Virus record (IMG/VR): IMGVR_UViG_3300042868_005520
Coordinates: 1 to 64,000 of that record
DNA: 64,000 bases
Direction: 5' to 3' (one strand)
Source of the DNA: a virus
In this document: in pieces, positions 9,848 through 19,988 of the stretch
How positions within the stretch are numbered: position 1 is the first letter of the stretch
Layout of the letters: each line of letters opens with the position of its first letter
Position numbers and translations under genes: made by a program
Notes under the pieces: generated by a model
What the model was told of the DNA's origin: nothing
Database searches by the model: none
Seen by the model: the letters and a program-made list of their open reading frames with translations, nothing else

Positions 9848-10379
9848 TTCCACAACTGCGCTTTGCGAAGACCCTGCCAATTGGTGGGTGGATCGTATGT
9901 ACCTGCAAGACGCATTTGCTGCCGCACGACACAGCACTGATCCTAGAACACAGGTGGGTGCAGTACTTGTAGTTCCTGTGGGTGGTGTGGTGCTGGCATC
10001 GTGGAACGCTATCCCCGAAAATTTATATGACTACGAGTGCACTCCTGAAACTAAAAATTACTGCACCGAACACGCGGAACGAGCAGTAGTATTCAAAGCA
10101 CTACAGAACGGACTCCCAACTCAGGGGTTAACCGTGTACTGCACATGGGGGGTGTGTGCTGAGTGCGCTCGTACACTTATAGAGTTCGGCATCAAGCGTG
10201 TGGTTACCCTTTACCGCCTCGTAGAAGCCTCTCCTGAGCGTTGGCAGGACGGTATGCACAATGGACTCCTAATGATGAAATGTAGCGGAATAAAGACGGT
10301 TGGGTGGAGAGGAGACTTGGGGACTAAATATAATATACGGTTCAACGGTCAGGTTGTGGGAAACGAGGACTTGTTGTAA
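9837..10379 (+). CDS. Deoxycytidylate (dCMP) deaminase family protein
   Basis: S.DPRTQVGAV, HAE and CAEC zinc motifs, GIKRVV. Confidence 0.88.
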   Translation: MDSNSTTALCEDPANWWVDRMYLQDAFAAARHSTDPRTQVGAVLVVPVGGVVLASWNAIPENLYDYECTPETKNYCTEHAERAVVFKALQNGLPTQGLTVYCTWGVCAECARTLIEFGIKRVVTLYRLVEASPERWQDGMHNGLLMMKCSGIKTVGWRGDLGTKYNIRFNGQVVGNEDLL

Positions 10380-11881
10380 TGTTCGACCTTGATGTAAGCG
10401 AAATAGATTCGGTGAATGTTCGTGTGCATTGCGATAAAGGCATTGCCCATGAACTCTCTGATTATTTTACTTTCAAGGTTCCTGGTTACAAGTTCATGCC
10501 AGCGTATCGCTCTCGTATGTGGAACGGTGAAATCAAACTCTATAATATTCACACGCAGACCATCTACGCAGGACTAGTAGAGTACATTCAGAAATTCGCA
10601 GACGAACGCAAGTACACCATTACCCTGCCTTCACGCAATGCTTTCACCACTACCCCTGCTGATGTGCAGGGATTCATGGAAGACTTCTTGAATGTTCAAG
10701 TACACGGTAAAAAAGTCTCGCCCCACGAACATCAAATCAATGCAGTACAACACGCCATGCAGGAAGAACGATGCCTTTTGCTGTCTCCCACAGGCAGCGG
10801 AAAAAGTCTTATCATCTACGCACTACTGCGGTACTACCTGAGCAAGATTCCAAAGGATAAAAAGGTACTCATCATTGTGCCAACAGTGTCCCTAGTAGAG
10901 CAGATGTTCTCTGACTTTACTGACTACTCTTCGGCAAACGGATGGGATGTGCAAACTAATTGCCACAAGATTCTTGCAGGAGCGGACAAGGCAACACAAA
11001 AGCGTGTGGTGATTTCCACATGGCAATCCATATACAAGCAAACGGAAAAGTACTTTGAGCAGTTTGGTGCTGTGGTTGGAGATGAAGCCCACCTGTTCAA
11101 GTCCAAGTCTCTCACCGCAATACTCACCAAACTAAAGCGTTGTCCTTTCCGCGTTGGTACTACAGGAACCTTGGACGGCACTGATACCCATCGCCTTGTG
11201 CTTGAGGGGCTGTTTGGTCGTGCCTATGAGGTCACCAAGACCAAGGCACTCATGGAAAAGAAAATACTCAGTGATCTAAAAATTGACTGCATACTGCTGT
11301 CATATCCCGATATTGATAGAGAATCGGTCAAGCGAGCGAAGTATCCTGATGAAATCAAGTGGATCATTGGATCCACTCGCCGAAATCGTTTTATTGCTAA
11401 TCTTTGTAAATCACTCAAGGGCAACTCGCTTATACTTTTTCAATTCGTAGAAGATCACGGCAAACTGCTAAATACTATGGTTAGGGCTTGCATTCCAATG
11501 GAGCGCAAGGTATTCTTTGTCTATGGCGGTACAGAAGCATCAGAACGAGAAGAGATACGCAAGATTGTAGAAACAGAATCCGATGCCGTCATCATTGCTT
11601 CGTATGGAACATTCAGCACAGGCATTTCCATCCGAAGACTGAACAACATTATATTTGCTTCACCATCCAAGTCACGGATACGAGTATTGCAGAGTATTGG
11701 AAGACAATTGCGAGTTTCACAAGACAAGACCACAGCGCGGCTTTATGATCTAGGTGATGACCTTTCGTGGAAGACTTGGAAGAATCACACACTTCGCCAT
11801 ATGAATGAGCGTATGAAACTGTACGAAGCCGAAGGTTTCGAGTACAAGGTAGTAAAAATACAGTTAGGAGAAGACACATGA
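10379..11881 (+). CDS. uvsW: UvsW SF2 helicase
   Basis: SPTGSGKS, DEAH, GTTGT, QSIGR motifs; WNGEIKLY. Confidence 0.97.
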   Translation: MFDLDVSEIDSVNVRVHCDKGIAHELSDYFTFKVPGYKFMPAYRSRMWNGEIKLYNIHTQTIYAGLVEYIQKFADERKYTITLPSRNAFTTTPADVQGFMEDFLNVQVHGKKVSPHEHQINAVQHAMQEERCLLLSPTGSGKSLIIYALLRYYLSKIPKDKKVLIIVPTVSLVEQMFSDFTDYSSANGWDVQTNCHKILAGADKATQKRVVISTWQSIYKQTEKYFEQFGAVVGDEAHLFKSKSLTAILTKLKRCPFRVGTTGTLDGTDTHRLVLEGLFGRAYEVTKTKALMEKKILSDLKIDCILLSYPDIDRESVKRAKYPDEIKWIIGSTRRNRFIANLCKSLKGNSLILFQFVEDHGKLLNTMVRACIPMERKVFFVYGGTEASEREEIRKIVETESDAVIIASYGTFSTGISIRRLNNIIFASPSKSRIRVLQSIGRQLRVSQDKTTARLYDLGDDLSWKTWKNHTLRHMNERMKLYEAEGFEYKVVKIQLGEDT

Positions 11882-12768
11882 GCCGAAAGAAAAAAACAGA
11901 ACTCAGGATCTTCAAACTCCGTAGTGGCGAAGAGATTATTGCAAAGGTTGCAGGTAAGACCAAAGACAAGATCAAGTTGCAGCGTCCCATGCGGATCATG
12001 AATAATATTCAGAGTGATCCCTATACGGGCGCAAAGCGTCAGGTGATCTACTTTTCTGATTGGCTTGGCAGCACTTCTGAAATAATTGCAGACATTCCAC
12101 TAGACTTTATTGTTGTTGAACTGCAACCCGATCCCGATATTGTGTGTCTGTATGATCGCCAAACCGAAGCAGATGATCGTGGTGCAGCACTTCCTCTGCC
12201 ACCTTCCTCTACTGCTCCCGCTGAACTTCCCTTGTTTGATGAAGACGAAATGCTTGAACTCAGCGATGATGTGGATAAAAAGTTAGAGGAATTGCTCAAG
12301 CGTATGGCGCAGGAAGACGCACCACCACAGGCAACAGACTATAAGAATCCACTTCAGTCGGTGTTTGACCAATTAAGTCCTGTGTTTCCCCCATCGTTTC
12401 CCCCTTCGTTCCCTCCACGAGTAGAAGGCATTGTGTTTTCTGTGAGTATTCCCAAAGACATTCTTGCTAGTTGGGTGGAGACAGGCTTTATTGACTATTT
12501 GAAAGATTGTATTTCTGATTTTACGAGTACAGACTTTCTTGAACAGATGATGAATGAGGAGGAAGAAGAGGAAGAAGAAGAAGTTGAAGACAAGCCAAAG
12601 CGAGCAAAGCGGCAGAAAAGAGAGAAGACTTCCAAGGACGATTGGAAGGAACCTGCCGATGAACACAAGGCAAAACCCGAATACGGAAACACATCGGGAG
12701 ATTGGTCGCCATTTTTAAAAGACTACTTGCCAGAACAAGAGCCTCCAAAAAATACAGATAAGGGTTGA
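11878..12768 (+). CDS. Hypothetical protein with Sm-like N-terminus and acidic/Pro-rich tail
   Basis: KLRSGEEIIAKV start, typical of the gene between uvsW and gp55 in T4-like marine phages. Confidence 0.6.
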   Translation: MSRKKKTELRIFKLRSGEEIIAKVAGKTKDKIKLQRPMRIMNNIQSDPYTGAKRQVIYFSDWLGSTSEIIADIPLDFIVVELQPDPDIVCLYDRQTEADDRGAALPLPPSSTAPAELPLFDEDEMLELSDDVDKKLEELLKRMAQEDAPPQATDYKNPLQSVFDQLSPVFPPSFPPSFPPRVEGIVFSVSIPKDILASWVETGFIDYLKDCISDFTSTDFLEQMMNEEEEEEEEEVEDKPKRAKRQKREKTSKDDWKEPADEHKAKPEYGNTSGDWSPFLKDYLPEQEPPKNTDKG

Positions 12769-12793
12769 CACGGAGTTGATTATGATTCATAAT
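12765..12793 (+). promoter_or_regulatory. Sigma70-like promoter for gp55 operon
   Basis: TTGACA-17 nt-CATAAT. Confidence 0.7.
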
Positions 12794-12807
12794 GTACATA
12801 AAGGAAT

Positions 12808-13428
12808 GTGATGGCTAAGAAAAAGAGTGACCACTATATCGACAACCAACAGTTTTTTGCTGAGATATCAGCATGGAAACTACTTGTTACTGCCGCAAAC
12901 GAAAAGGGAGAAAAGCATCCTCCCGTAACGCATTACATTGGCGAATGCTTTATGAAGATTGCGGAGCATTTATCCCGCAAGCCCAACTTCATAAACTATC
13001 CGTATCGTGATGAAATGATGTCTGATGGAATTGAAAATTGTCTGCTGTACGCATACAACTTTGATCCTGCAAAATCAAGCAATCCATTCTCGTATTTCAC
13101 TCAGATTACCTACTACGCTTTTCTTCGCCGCATACAGAAGGAGAAGAAGCAAGCGTATATCAAACTCAAGAAGATTGAGATGTCCAATGTGGATTCTTCT
13201 GTGCGCCGATGGTTCCGCGAAAACTACCTAAAGGTTGGCGAGAATTTTGAAACACTTCCTACCTTCCTGACCGAAAACGATATTGCTTCGTTTGAAAAGA
13301 AAACAGGTGAAGCGAAGGAAGAGGTTTCTGAAGTTAAACCCAAGCCCAAGAAAACGAAGAAGAAGGCGGCGGCAAAGCCAAAGACCCCACCTGTAGCAAA
13401 GAAGAAATCGAAAGGCAAGAAGAAGTGA
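12808..13428 (+). CDS. gp55: Late-transcription sigma factor
   Basis: HYIDN, IAEHLS.KPNF.NY, DGIENC, NPFSYFTQI.YYAFLRRI.KEKKQ. Confidence 0.97.
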   Translation: MMAKKKSDHYIDNQQFFAEISAWKLLVTAANEKGEKHPPVTHYIGECFMKIAEHLSRKPNFINYPYRDEMMSDGIENCLLYAYNFDPAKSSNPFSYFTQITYYAFLRRIQKEKKQAYIKLKKIEMSNVDSSVRRWFRENYLKVGENFETLPTFLTENDIASFEKKTGEAKEEVSEVKPKPKKTKKKAAAKPKTPPVAKKKSKGKKK

Positions 13429-14492
13429 AGATTGCATTGGTGACGGATACCCATTTCGGTGCGCGAAACGATTCGCCATTGTTCCTAGAGCATTTCATGC
13501 GGTTCTTTGACCGCGTGTTCTTTCCTCGGATTGAAGCAGATGGCATCGACACCATTATTCACTTGGGCGATTTTCTTGATCGCCGCAAGTTTGTTAACTT
13601 CTTGACGCTGAATGCAGTACAGACAGGATTCGTTAAGCGGCTTGAGAAGAGCGGAGCAAAGATGCACTGCATCTTGGGCAACCACGATATCTTCTTTAAG
13701 AACAAGAGCGAAGTAAACTCACTACAGGAGTTGTTCTCGGATCGCTTTATTGTTCACGACAAGCCAACTGTTCTAAACTTTGATGGGCTTCCCATTGCAA
13801 TGCTACCGTGGATCAACAAGGAAAACGAAGCAGAGTCTCTGCAATTCCTGAAGGACGCACCCGCAGACATACTGATGGGTCATCTTGAACTCAACGGATA
13901 TCATGTTCTCAGAAATACTCCATTCGATGGTGGTATGGATGCGAATCTGTTCCAACGGTTCAAGGCGGTGTACACAGGACACTTTCACTCCCGCCATTCT
14001 CGCGACAACATTCATTATTTGGGATGCCCTTATCAGATCACGATGAGTGACTACGGAGAGAAAAAGGGATTCCATATATTTGATACCGAGACACAGGACT
14101 TGGAGTTTGTCAAGAATCCACACACAATCTTTACTCAGATTCGTTACGATGACTCGCAGAGTAGTGATACGGTTCCTCTATCGGTTGATGAGGATAGAAC
14201 ACGAAGCAAGTATGTTCGTATCATTGTAGAGAAGAAGACAAAGCCGTATCTGTTTGAGAAGTTTGTGGATTCGGTGTACAGTAGCAGCCCACACGGTGTT
14301 ACTATTATTGAAGACTTCCAACAGGAAACCGCAACTGATACGGCTACTGATGAGTTGGGAGAGGATACTATTTCAATCATTAATCGAGAAATTGATTCGC
14401 TGAAGCAGGACATTGGAGACTGCAAGGCTATCAAGGAACTTATTCGTGAACTGTACGGGGAGTGCATGGCAAACGAGATTGGAAAACCATGA
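13425..14492 (+). CDS. gp47: Recombination endonuclease subunit (SbcD/Mre11-like)
   Basis: DTHFG, GDFLDRR, GNHD, GHFH metallophosphoesterase motifs. Confidence 0.96.
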   Translation: MKIALVTDTHFGARNDSPLFLEHFMRFFDRVFFPRIEADGIDTIIHLGDFLDRRKFVNFLTLNAVQTGFVKRLEKSGAKMHCILGNHDIFFKNKSEVNSLQELFSDRFIVHDKPTVLNFDGLPIAMLPWINKENEAESLQFLKDAPADILMGHLELNGYHVLRNTPFDGGMDANLFQRFKAVYTGHFHSRHSRDNIHYLGCPYQITMSDYGEKKGFHIFDTETQDLEFVKNPHTIFTQIRYDDSQSSDTVPLSVDEDRTRSKYVRIIVEKKTKPYLFEKFVDSVYSSSPHGVTIIEDFQQETATDTATDELGEDTISIINREIDSLKQDIGDCKAIKELIRELYGECMANEIGKP

Positions 14493-16207
14493 TCACATTC
14501 AACAAGATTAAGTGGAAAAATCTACTAAGCACGGGAAATGTGTTTACCGAAGTGGCTCTAGATAAATCCGCAACCACTCTTGTGTGCGGCGAAAACGGAG
14601 CAGGTAAAACTACCATGCTTGACGCTATAACCTTTGTTCTATACGGCAAGCCGTTTCGTAACATCAATATTCCACAAATTGTTAACTCTATCAACGGTAA
14701 GGACTGTGTGGTAGAGATTGAATTCACAGTTAACGGCAGCACATACAAGGTGACTCGTGGTCTAGCACCAAAGGTGTTTGTTATTGAAAAAGACGGCAAG
14801 GCAATAGACCAAACTGCTAATGTGAAAGACTATCAAGCAATTCTTGAGGGTCATATTCTAAAGATGAACTACAAGACATTCTGTCAAGTAGTCATATTGG
14901 GTTCCACCAACTATGTTCCGTTCATGCGCCTTGCTGCTGCGGATCGGCGTGGTGTGGTAGAGAACCTGTTGGATATTGATGTGTTCTCCAAGATGAATGA
15001 TCTCCTGAAGACTCGTCTATCCGAAACCAAAGAAGCACTCCGAGAAGTGGATACGGAAATCAATACTCTCAAACTTCGAATAGAGCATAAGGCAGACTTG
15101 ATCAAAAAAATCGAGGACAAGTCTGACTCACAGTTGGACTCTTATGCTGCATCCTCTGCCGAAGAGCAGAAGACTCTTGACGAACTACTTCAGAAGAAGG
15201 CAGTTCTACAGGAAGAACTACTTGCTATTGGTGCGTCTCCTGATGCTGTTAATAAGGGTCGGGAAGCAGTGAATCAACTTGCTGCACTTCGCAAACAAAT
15301 GATTAGTGGAATAAAAAAGGCAAACGAAGAACGCGAGTTCTATCAGCAGAATGAAGACTGCCCTGTATGCAAGCACGATCTTCCACAAACATTTCGTGAT
15401 GACATGATTGTAAAGAAGCAGAGCCGTCATACAGAATTAGAAACAGCACTCGCCCAACTAGAAGTAATGATTGCAAAAGAAAAAAGCAATCTTGAGCAAT
15501 TGCTATCGGGTGTTGAATCTGCGGACAAGAAGAAAACAGAAATCACTAAATCTGATTCTGCTATTGCGTCTTCCAAGAAGTACCTGAAGCAGTTGCAGGA
15601 TCTTGCGGACAAAGTGCAGCGGGAGAAGGCTTCTATCAAAACCGAACAGGACGATATGACCGTGCTTCGCGGACAAGAAGACGGAGCAGAGGCAAACAAG
15701 AAGTCACTAGTGGAAGATCTGCACACAATGGAGATTGCCACGGTGCTGCTGAAGGACAGCGGTATCAAGCGAAAGATTATTCGGAAATATATTCCTGCAC
15801 TAAATAAAATCATTAACAAGTATTTGATTTCAATGGACTTCTTTGCTCAATTCACTCTCAACGAAGACTTTAATGAAATAATCAAGAGCCGCCACCGCGA
15901 TGAGTTCTCGTATGACAACTTTAGCGAAGGTGAAAAATTGAGAATCGACCTTTCTCTCTTGCTTGCGTGGCGAGATATTGCTAGAATGAAGAACTGTGCC
16001 AACACGAACCTACTTATTCTTGACGAAGTATTTGACTCTTCGCTTGATGCCGTTGGTACGGAAGAGGTGATCAAGATTCTTCAAAGCATGGGAAGCAGCA
16101 ATAATATATTTGTCATCTCCCACAAGTCCGATCAGTTACTAGATAAGTTTCAGAACATATTGACCTATAAGAAGGTTAACAACTTCAGCAAACTATGCCT
16201 CCCATGA
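14489..16207 (+). CDS. gp46: Recombination ATPase subunit (SbcC/Rad50-like)
   Basis: GENGAGKT, CPVC zinc hook, FSEGEK, LDEVFD, ISH. Confidence 0.97.
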   Translation: MITFNKIKWKNLLSTGNVFTEVALDKSATTLVCGENGAGKTTMLDAITFVLYGKPFRNINIPQIVNSINGKDCVVEIEFTVNGSTYKVTRGLAPKVFVIEKDGKAIDQTANVKDYQAILEGHILKMNYKTFCQVVILGSTNYVPFMRLAAADRRGVVENLLDIDVFSKMNDLLKTRLSETKEALREVDTEINTLKLRIEHKADLIKKIEDKSDSQLDSYAASSAEEQKTLDELLQKKAVLQEELLAIGASPDAVNKGREAVNQLAALRKQMISGIKKANEEREFYQQNEDCPVCKHDLPQTFRDDMIVKKQSRHTELETALAQLEVMIAKEKSNLEQLLSGVESADKKKTEITKSDSAIASSKKYLKQLQDLADKVQREKASIKTEQDDMTVLRGQEDGAEANKKSLVEDLHTMEIATVLLKDSGIKRKIIRKYIPALNKIINKYLISMDFFAQFTLNEDFNEIIKSRHRDEFSYDNFSEGEKLRIDLSLLLAWRDIARMKNCANTNLLILDEVFDSSLDAVGTEEVIKILQSMGSSNNIFVISHKSDQLLDKFQNILTYKKVNNFSKLCLP

Positions 16208-17322
16208 CACAAAAAATATCAAAAGAACGCGCTCGTACTATTCTCTCTGGTGGTTCTGAGCCGCAAGTCAACGCCACTGTGGCAAAAGAAGATATTGATA
16301 TTGCCATTGAGAAATCCCTGTATTGGTACAGGCAAAACTTCAAGCCAACAGAGTCCAAGGGGTGGATAGTTAAATATCTACGAGATCACGGACGCGCAGA
16401 GGATGCAGCGGTGGTTGGTCGAGCAGAAAAGTCTCGTCTGCGTTTGGTGGCTCCGTACTGCCGTATGGTGACCCGTGGGTTTCCGTTTGCGGATGTACAC
16501 AAGGCTCTTATTGAGAAGACTCTAGGGGAACTGCTTGACCATGCACGGGGTGTGGCAGACGCTATCCCCATTGAGCGAGTAAGTGTACAGGATCGTGTGG
16601 TTGCAAAGGCAGATGTTCTGCTGTCTGATTTGGAGCCTGTGATTGATGAAACCACCGAGTCTGTTCTCAAGGGAAAGCGAAAAGATAATGCCCTGCTTGA
16701 GTGGATTTCTCGCACCGAACTAACCCGCCCACTTGCTGTTATTGTGCGTGATCGCTTGGCGAAAACCCTAGAGGAAATGCTTTTAGCACAAGCAGGAACC
16801 GATCCCGATCTTGTTGAGGGGTACTCTCATTTTAAAAAGACAGCATTAAAGAACATGGTGGACACGCTGACATCTGCTGTTCAAAATTTAAATGATCGTA
16901 TTGGTATTCTTAAATCTAGTAAGAAGCCGCGAAAGCAGAAGCGCAAGTCTCCAGAGTCTCAAATAAAGAGACTCAATTTCTTGCAAAGAAGTGATGCCTT
17001 TGCTATTGACTCCATCAATCCAGTGGATATCATTGGGGCACAGAGACTGATCATGTACAACACAAAGAACAAGAAAGCCACTCTGCTTATTGCAGTTGAA
17101 CCAAAAAGCGGACTTGCCGTAAAGGGATCAACCATTATTGGATTTGATTCAGCAAAGTCTTTTGAGAAGACTGTTCGGAATCCTGATGAGTTCCTGAAGA
17201 ATCAGAATGACTGCCGAAAGACAGTTGTGTCTGCTATTCGTTACCTTACGGGATTGAAGACTAAGAGTAGCGAACCCACGGGTCGCGTAAACAGTAATTG
17301 CCTCATTCTACAGGTACAGTAA
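16204..17322 (+). CDS. Hypothetical protein
   Basis: Long ORF coupled to both neighbours; SINPVDIIGA..L.MYNTK, VKGSTIIGFD..KS..KTVR motifs resemble a conserved T4-like unknown. Confidence 0.7.
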   Translation: MTQKISKERARTILSGGSEPQVNATVAKEDIDIAIEKSLYWYRQNFKPTESKGWIVKYLRDHGRAEDAAVVGRAEKSRLRLVAPYCRMVTRGFPFADVHKALIEKTLGELLDHARGVADAIPIERVSVQDRVVAKADVLLSDLEPVIDETTESVLKGKRKDNALLEWISRTELTRPLAVIVRDRLAKTLEEMLLAQAGTDPDLVEGYSHFKKTALKNMVDTLTSAVQNLNDRIGILKSSKKPRKQKRKSPESQIKRLNFLQRSDAFAIDSINPVDIIGAQRLIMYNTKNKKATLLIAVEPKSGLAVKGSTIIGFDSAKSFEKTVRNPDEFLKNQNDCRKTVVSAIRYLTGLKTKSSEPTGRVNSNCLILQVQ

Positions 17323-18170
17323 TGATTCTCGTTGACAACACGCAGGTATTGATGTCGTCTATCTTTGCACAACACAGAGATGTTGCAGCCATTGATGAAG
17401 ACCTAGTTCGACACATGGTACTGAACACATATCGCATATATCGCAAGAAGTTTTTCCGCGAATACGGCGAACTAGTGATCTGTGAAGACTCAGGCTCTTC
17501 TTGGCGGCGGCAGTTCTTTTCTCACTACAAGGGAAAGCGCAGACAAGACCGTAAAGAGAACGAGGCTCAATGGACTCGGTTCTATGAGATAATGAATAAG
17601 ATTAGGGATGAGGTTGCTCTGCATATGCCTTATCGAAATCTAGCAGTTCAAGGCTGTGAAGCCGATGATCTTATTGCCTATCTTGTGAAACGATTTGCCC
17701 CCACAGAGAAGATGCTTGTGTTGAGTGGAGACAAGGACTTCTCTCAACTGCTTATTCATCCAAGTGTGCGGCAGTACGCTCCCCTTCAGAAGAAGTTTGT
17801 TGAAGTAGACAACCCCAAGCAGTTTTTGCTTGAGCATATTGTCCGAGGAGACTCGTCTGATGGAGTTCCAAATATTCTATCGGATGATGACTGCTTCATG
17901 GTGGAAGACAAGCGACAGAAGCCCATCACAAAGAAGCGTATGGATGAATTGCTAAACTATTACGCGGAGCATGGAGTGGTACAAGAAAAGCACCAAGCGA
18001 ATTGGAATAGAAACAAGACACTCATTGATCTGCTTCATATCCCATCCGAGTACGAAGAAAAAATTGAAGTGAATTGGAATACACCTTTTACACCCTCTCG
18101 TAGCAAGATTCTTGGCTACATGATAGAGAAGGGTTTGCGTAACCTTATTTCTGATATTGAGGACTTTTGA
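17322..18170 (+). CDS. rnh: RNase H / 5'-3' exonuclease
   Basis: EADD, SGDKDF.QL, GDSSDGVPN motifs. Confidence 0.95.
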   Translation: MILVDNTQVLMSSIFAQHRDVAAIDEDLVRHMVLNTYRIYRKKFFREYGELVICEDSGSSWRRQFFSHYKGKRRQDRKENEAQWTRFYEIMNKIRDEVALHMPYRNLAVQGCEADDLIAYLVKRFAPTEKMLVLSGDKDFSQLLIHPSVRQYAPLQKKFVEVDNPKQFLLEHIVRGDSSDGVPNILSDDDCFMVEDKRQKPITKKRMDELLNYYAEHGVVQEKHQANWNRNKTLIDLLHIPSEYEEKIEVNWNTPFTPSRSKILGYMIEKGLRNLISDIEDF

Positions 18171-18171
18171 T

Positions 18172-18354
18172 ATGTTTGAGCGCAACAACCGTGACTACGA
18201 CAGTAGCGACCCGAACGCAAAGAAGGCTCGTAAGAGTGTGGAGCGAAAGCATAAGAGCAGCCGCCGCCACGATCAGAAAGAAATTTTGAAAAGATTTGTG
18301 GAAGACTCTAATGCAGGAAAGCGAGAAGATTATGACAACGAAGACCAAGACTAA
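18172..18354 (+). CDS. Small charged hypothetical protein
   Basis: GAGG RBS, fills the gap rnh-gp45. Confidence 0.55.
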   Translation: MFERNNRDYDSSDPNAKKARKSVERKHKSSRRHDQKEILKRFVEDSNAGKREDYDNEDQD

Positions 18355-19033
18355 TGTGGTGAAGATTTCCAAGCGAACACTTGATATACTCAAGAACTTT
18401 GCTAGTATTAATTCAGGAATTCTAGTGAACGAGGGTAACAAGTTGAATACCCTGTCGTCCACTAAGAATATCCTTGCCGAAGCAAAGGTGGATGAAACCT
18501 TTGCCAAGTCGTTTGCTATTTGGGATTTGAACAAGTTCTTGGGAACCGTGAGTCTGTTCAAGGATCCTGAGTTCGTGTTTGAGGACAACTATATCACCGT
18601 GAAGTGCGGAAACTCAAGTGTTCGCTACTACTATTGTGATCCTCGTCTAGTGACTTCCACAAGCAAGAAGATCAGTATGCCGTCCCCTGTGGTGCAGTTT
18701 GATCTGAAGTCGAAGGACTTTGCTGAGATCATCAAGGCGGCTTCGGTGCTTCAGGTAACCCATCTGTGTGTGCGATCATCGGCAGACGGCAAGCACATCG
18801 AACTTGCAGCCACAGACAAGGCAGATAAGACCTCTAACTTCTATTCGGTGATTGTGGGGGAGAATGCTTCGGGTGCCACATTCGACTTTATCTTTGATGT
18901 GGATAATCTAAAGATTCTTCCAGGTGATTACGCTGTTGCGATTTCGGAGAAGGTGGTCAGTTCCTTCACGAATAAGAATGAACCTCTGACCTATTGGATT
19001 GCCCTGAACGCAGACTCAACATACAAGGCTTAA
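18332..19033 (+). CDS. gp45: Sliding clamp
   Basis: ILKNFASINSGI, FAIWDLNKFL, NLKILPGDY, YWIAL motifs. Confidence 0.96.
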   Translation: MTTKTKTNVVKISKRTLDILKNFASINSGILVNEGNKLNTLSSTKNILAEAKVDETFAKSFAIWDLNKFLGTVSLFKDPEFVFEDNYITVKCGNSSVRYYYCDPRLVTSTSKKISMPSPVVQFDLKSKDFAEIIKAASVLQVTHLCVRSSADGKHIELAATDKADKTSNFYSVIVGENASGATFDFIFDVDNLKILPGDYAVAISEKVVSSFTNKNEPLTYWIALNADSTYKA

Positions 19034-19034
19034 A

Positions 19035-19988
19035 GTGATCTCAACAGAAACCGTGAAGGGATTGTGGTGCGAAAAGTATCGACCACAAACCGTTGCTGAT
19101 TGTATTCTTCCATCTGAAACGCATGACCTGTTCCTGCAAATGGCGGAGCGAGGCGAACCGCAGAATCTACTACTGAGTGGAGGAGCGGGTTGTGGCAAGA
19201 CTTCTATTGCTAGAGCCTTGTGTAATGATTTGGGTTGTGACTATATTGTGGTGAACTGCTCCGAGGACGGAAACATTGATACTCTCCGTACCCGAATCAG
19301 AAACTTTGCGTCCACGGTGTCTCTTACCGAAGGCGTAAAGAAGGTGGTGATATTGGATGAGTTTGACTACTCCAATGCACAGTCCACACAGCCAGCACTT
19401 CGGGGTTTCATTGAGGAGTTCTCGACCAACTGTCGGTTCATTCTTACCTGTAATTTCAAAAATAGAATCATTGAGCCGCTGCACTCCCGATGCACCTGTA
19501 TAGATTTTCGTATACAGCAGAAGGAGAAGGCTCAGATTGCGGTAAAGTTCCTGAAACGAGCCACCGAGATTCTAGAAGCCGAGAGTATTGAGTACGAACC
19601 CAAGGTGGTGGCTCAACTCATTACAAAGTACTTTCCTGACTTTCGGCGTACCCTGAACGAACTTCAGCGGTATTCCGTGAGTGGAAAGATTGATGTGGGC
19701 ATTCTTCAGACCCTTGGGGATGTGCAGATCCGCGACTTGGTGAAGCACATGAAGGCAAAGGAGTTTGCCAATGTTCGTAGGTGGGTGGTGGACAACCTAG
19801 ACAACGATCAGACACGGGTGTACCGCGCAATTTACGATAGCCTGTGTGATACGGTTGAGGGTGGGTCTATTCCCCAAGCCATTCTTATTCTTGCAGACTA
19901 CCAGTACAAGGCGGCGTTTGCTGCGGATCACGAGATTAATCTCACGGCTTGCCTTGTGCAACTAATGATGGAGATTAAGTTCAAGTAA
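19035..19988 (+). CDS. gp44: Clamp loader large subunit
   Basis: LW.EKYRP, GAGCGKT, LDEFD, IIEPLHSRC. Confidence 0.97.
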   Translation: MISTETVKGLWCEKYRPQTVADCILPSETHDLFLQMAERGEPQNLLLSGGAGCGKTSIARALCNDLGCDYIVVNCSEDGNIDTLRTRIRNFASTVSLTEGVKKVVILDEFDYSNAQSTQPALRGFIEEFSTNCRFILTCNFKNRIIEPLHSRCTCIDFRIQQKEKAQIAVKFLKRATEILEAESIEYEPKVVAQLITKYFPDFRRTLNELQRYSVSGKIDVGILQTLGDVQIRDLVKHMKAKEFANVRRWVVDNLDNDQTRVYRAIYDSLCDTVEGGSIPQAILILADYQYKAAFAADHEINLTACLVQLMMEIKFK

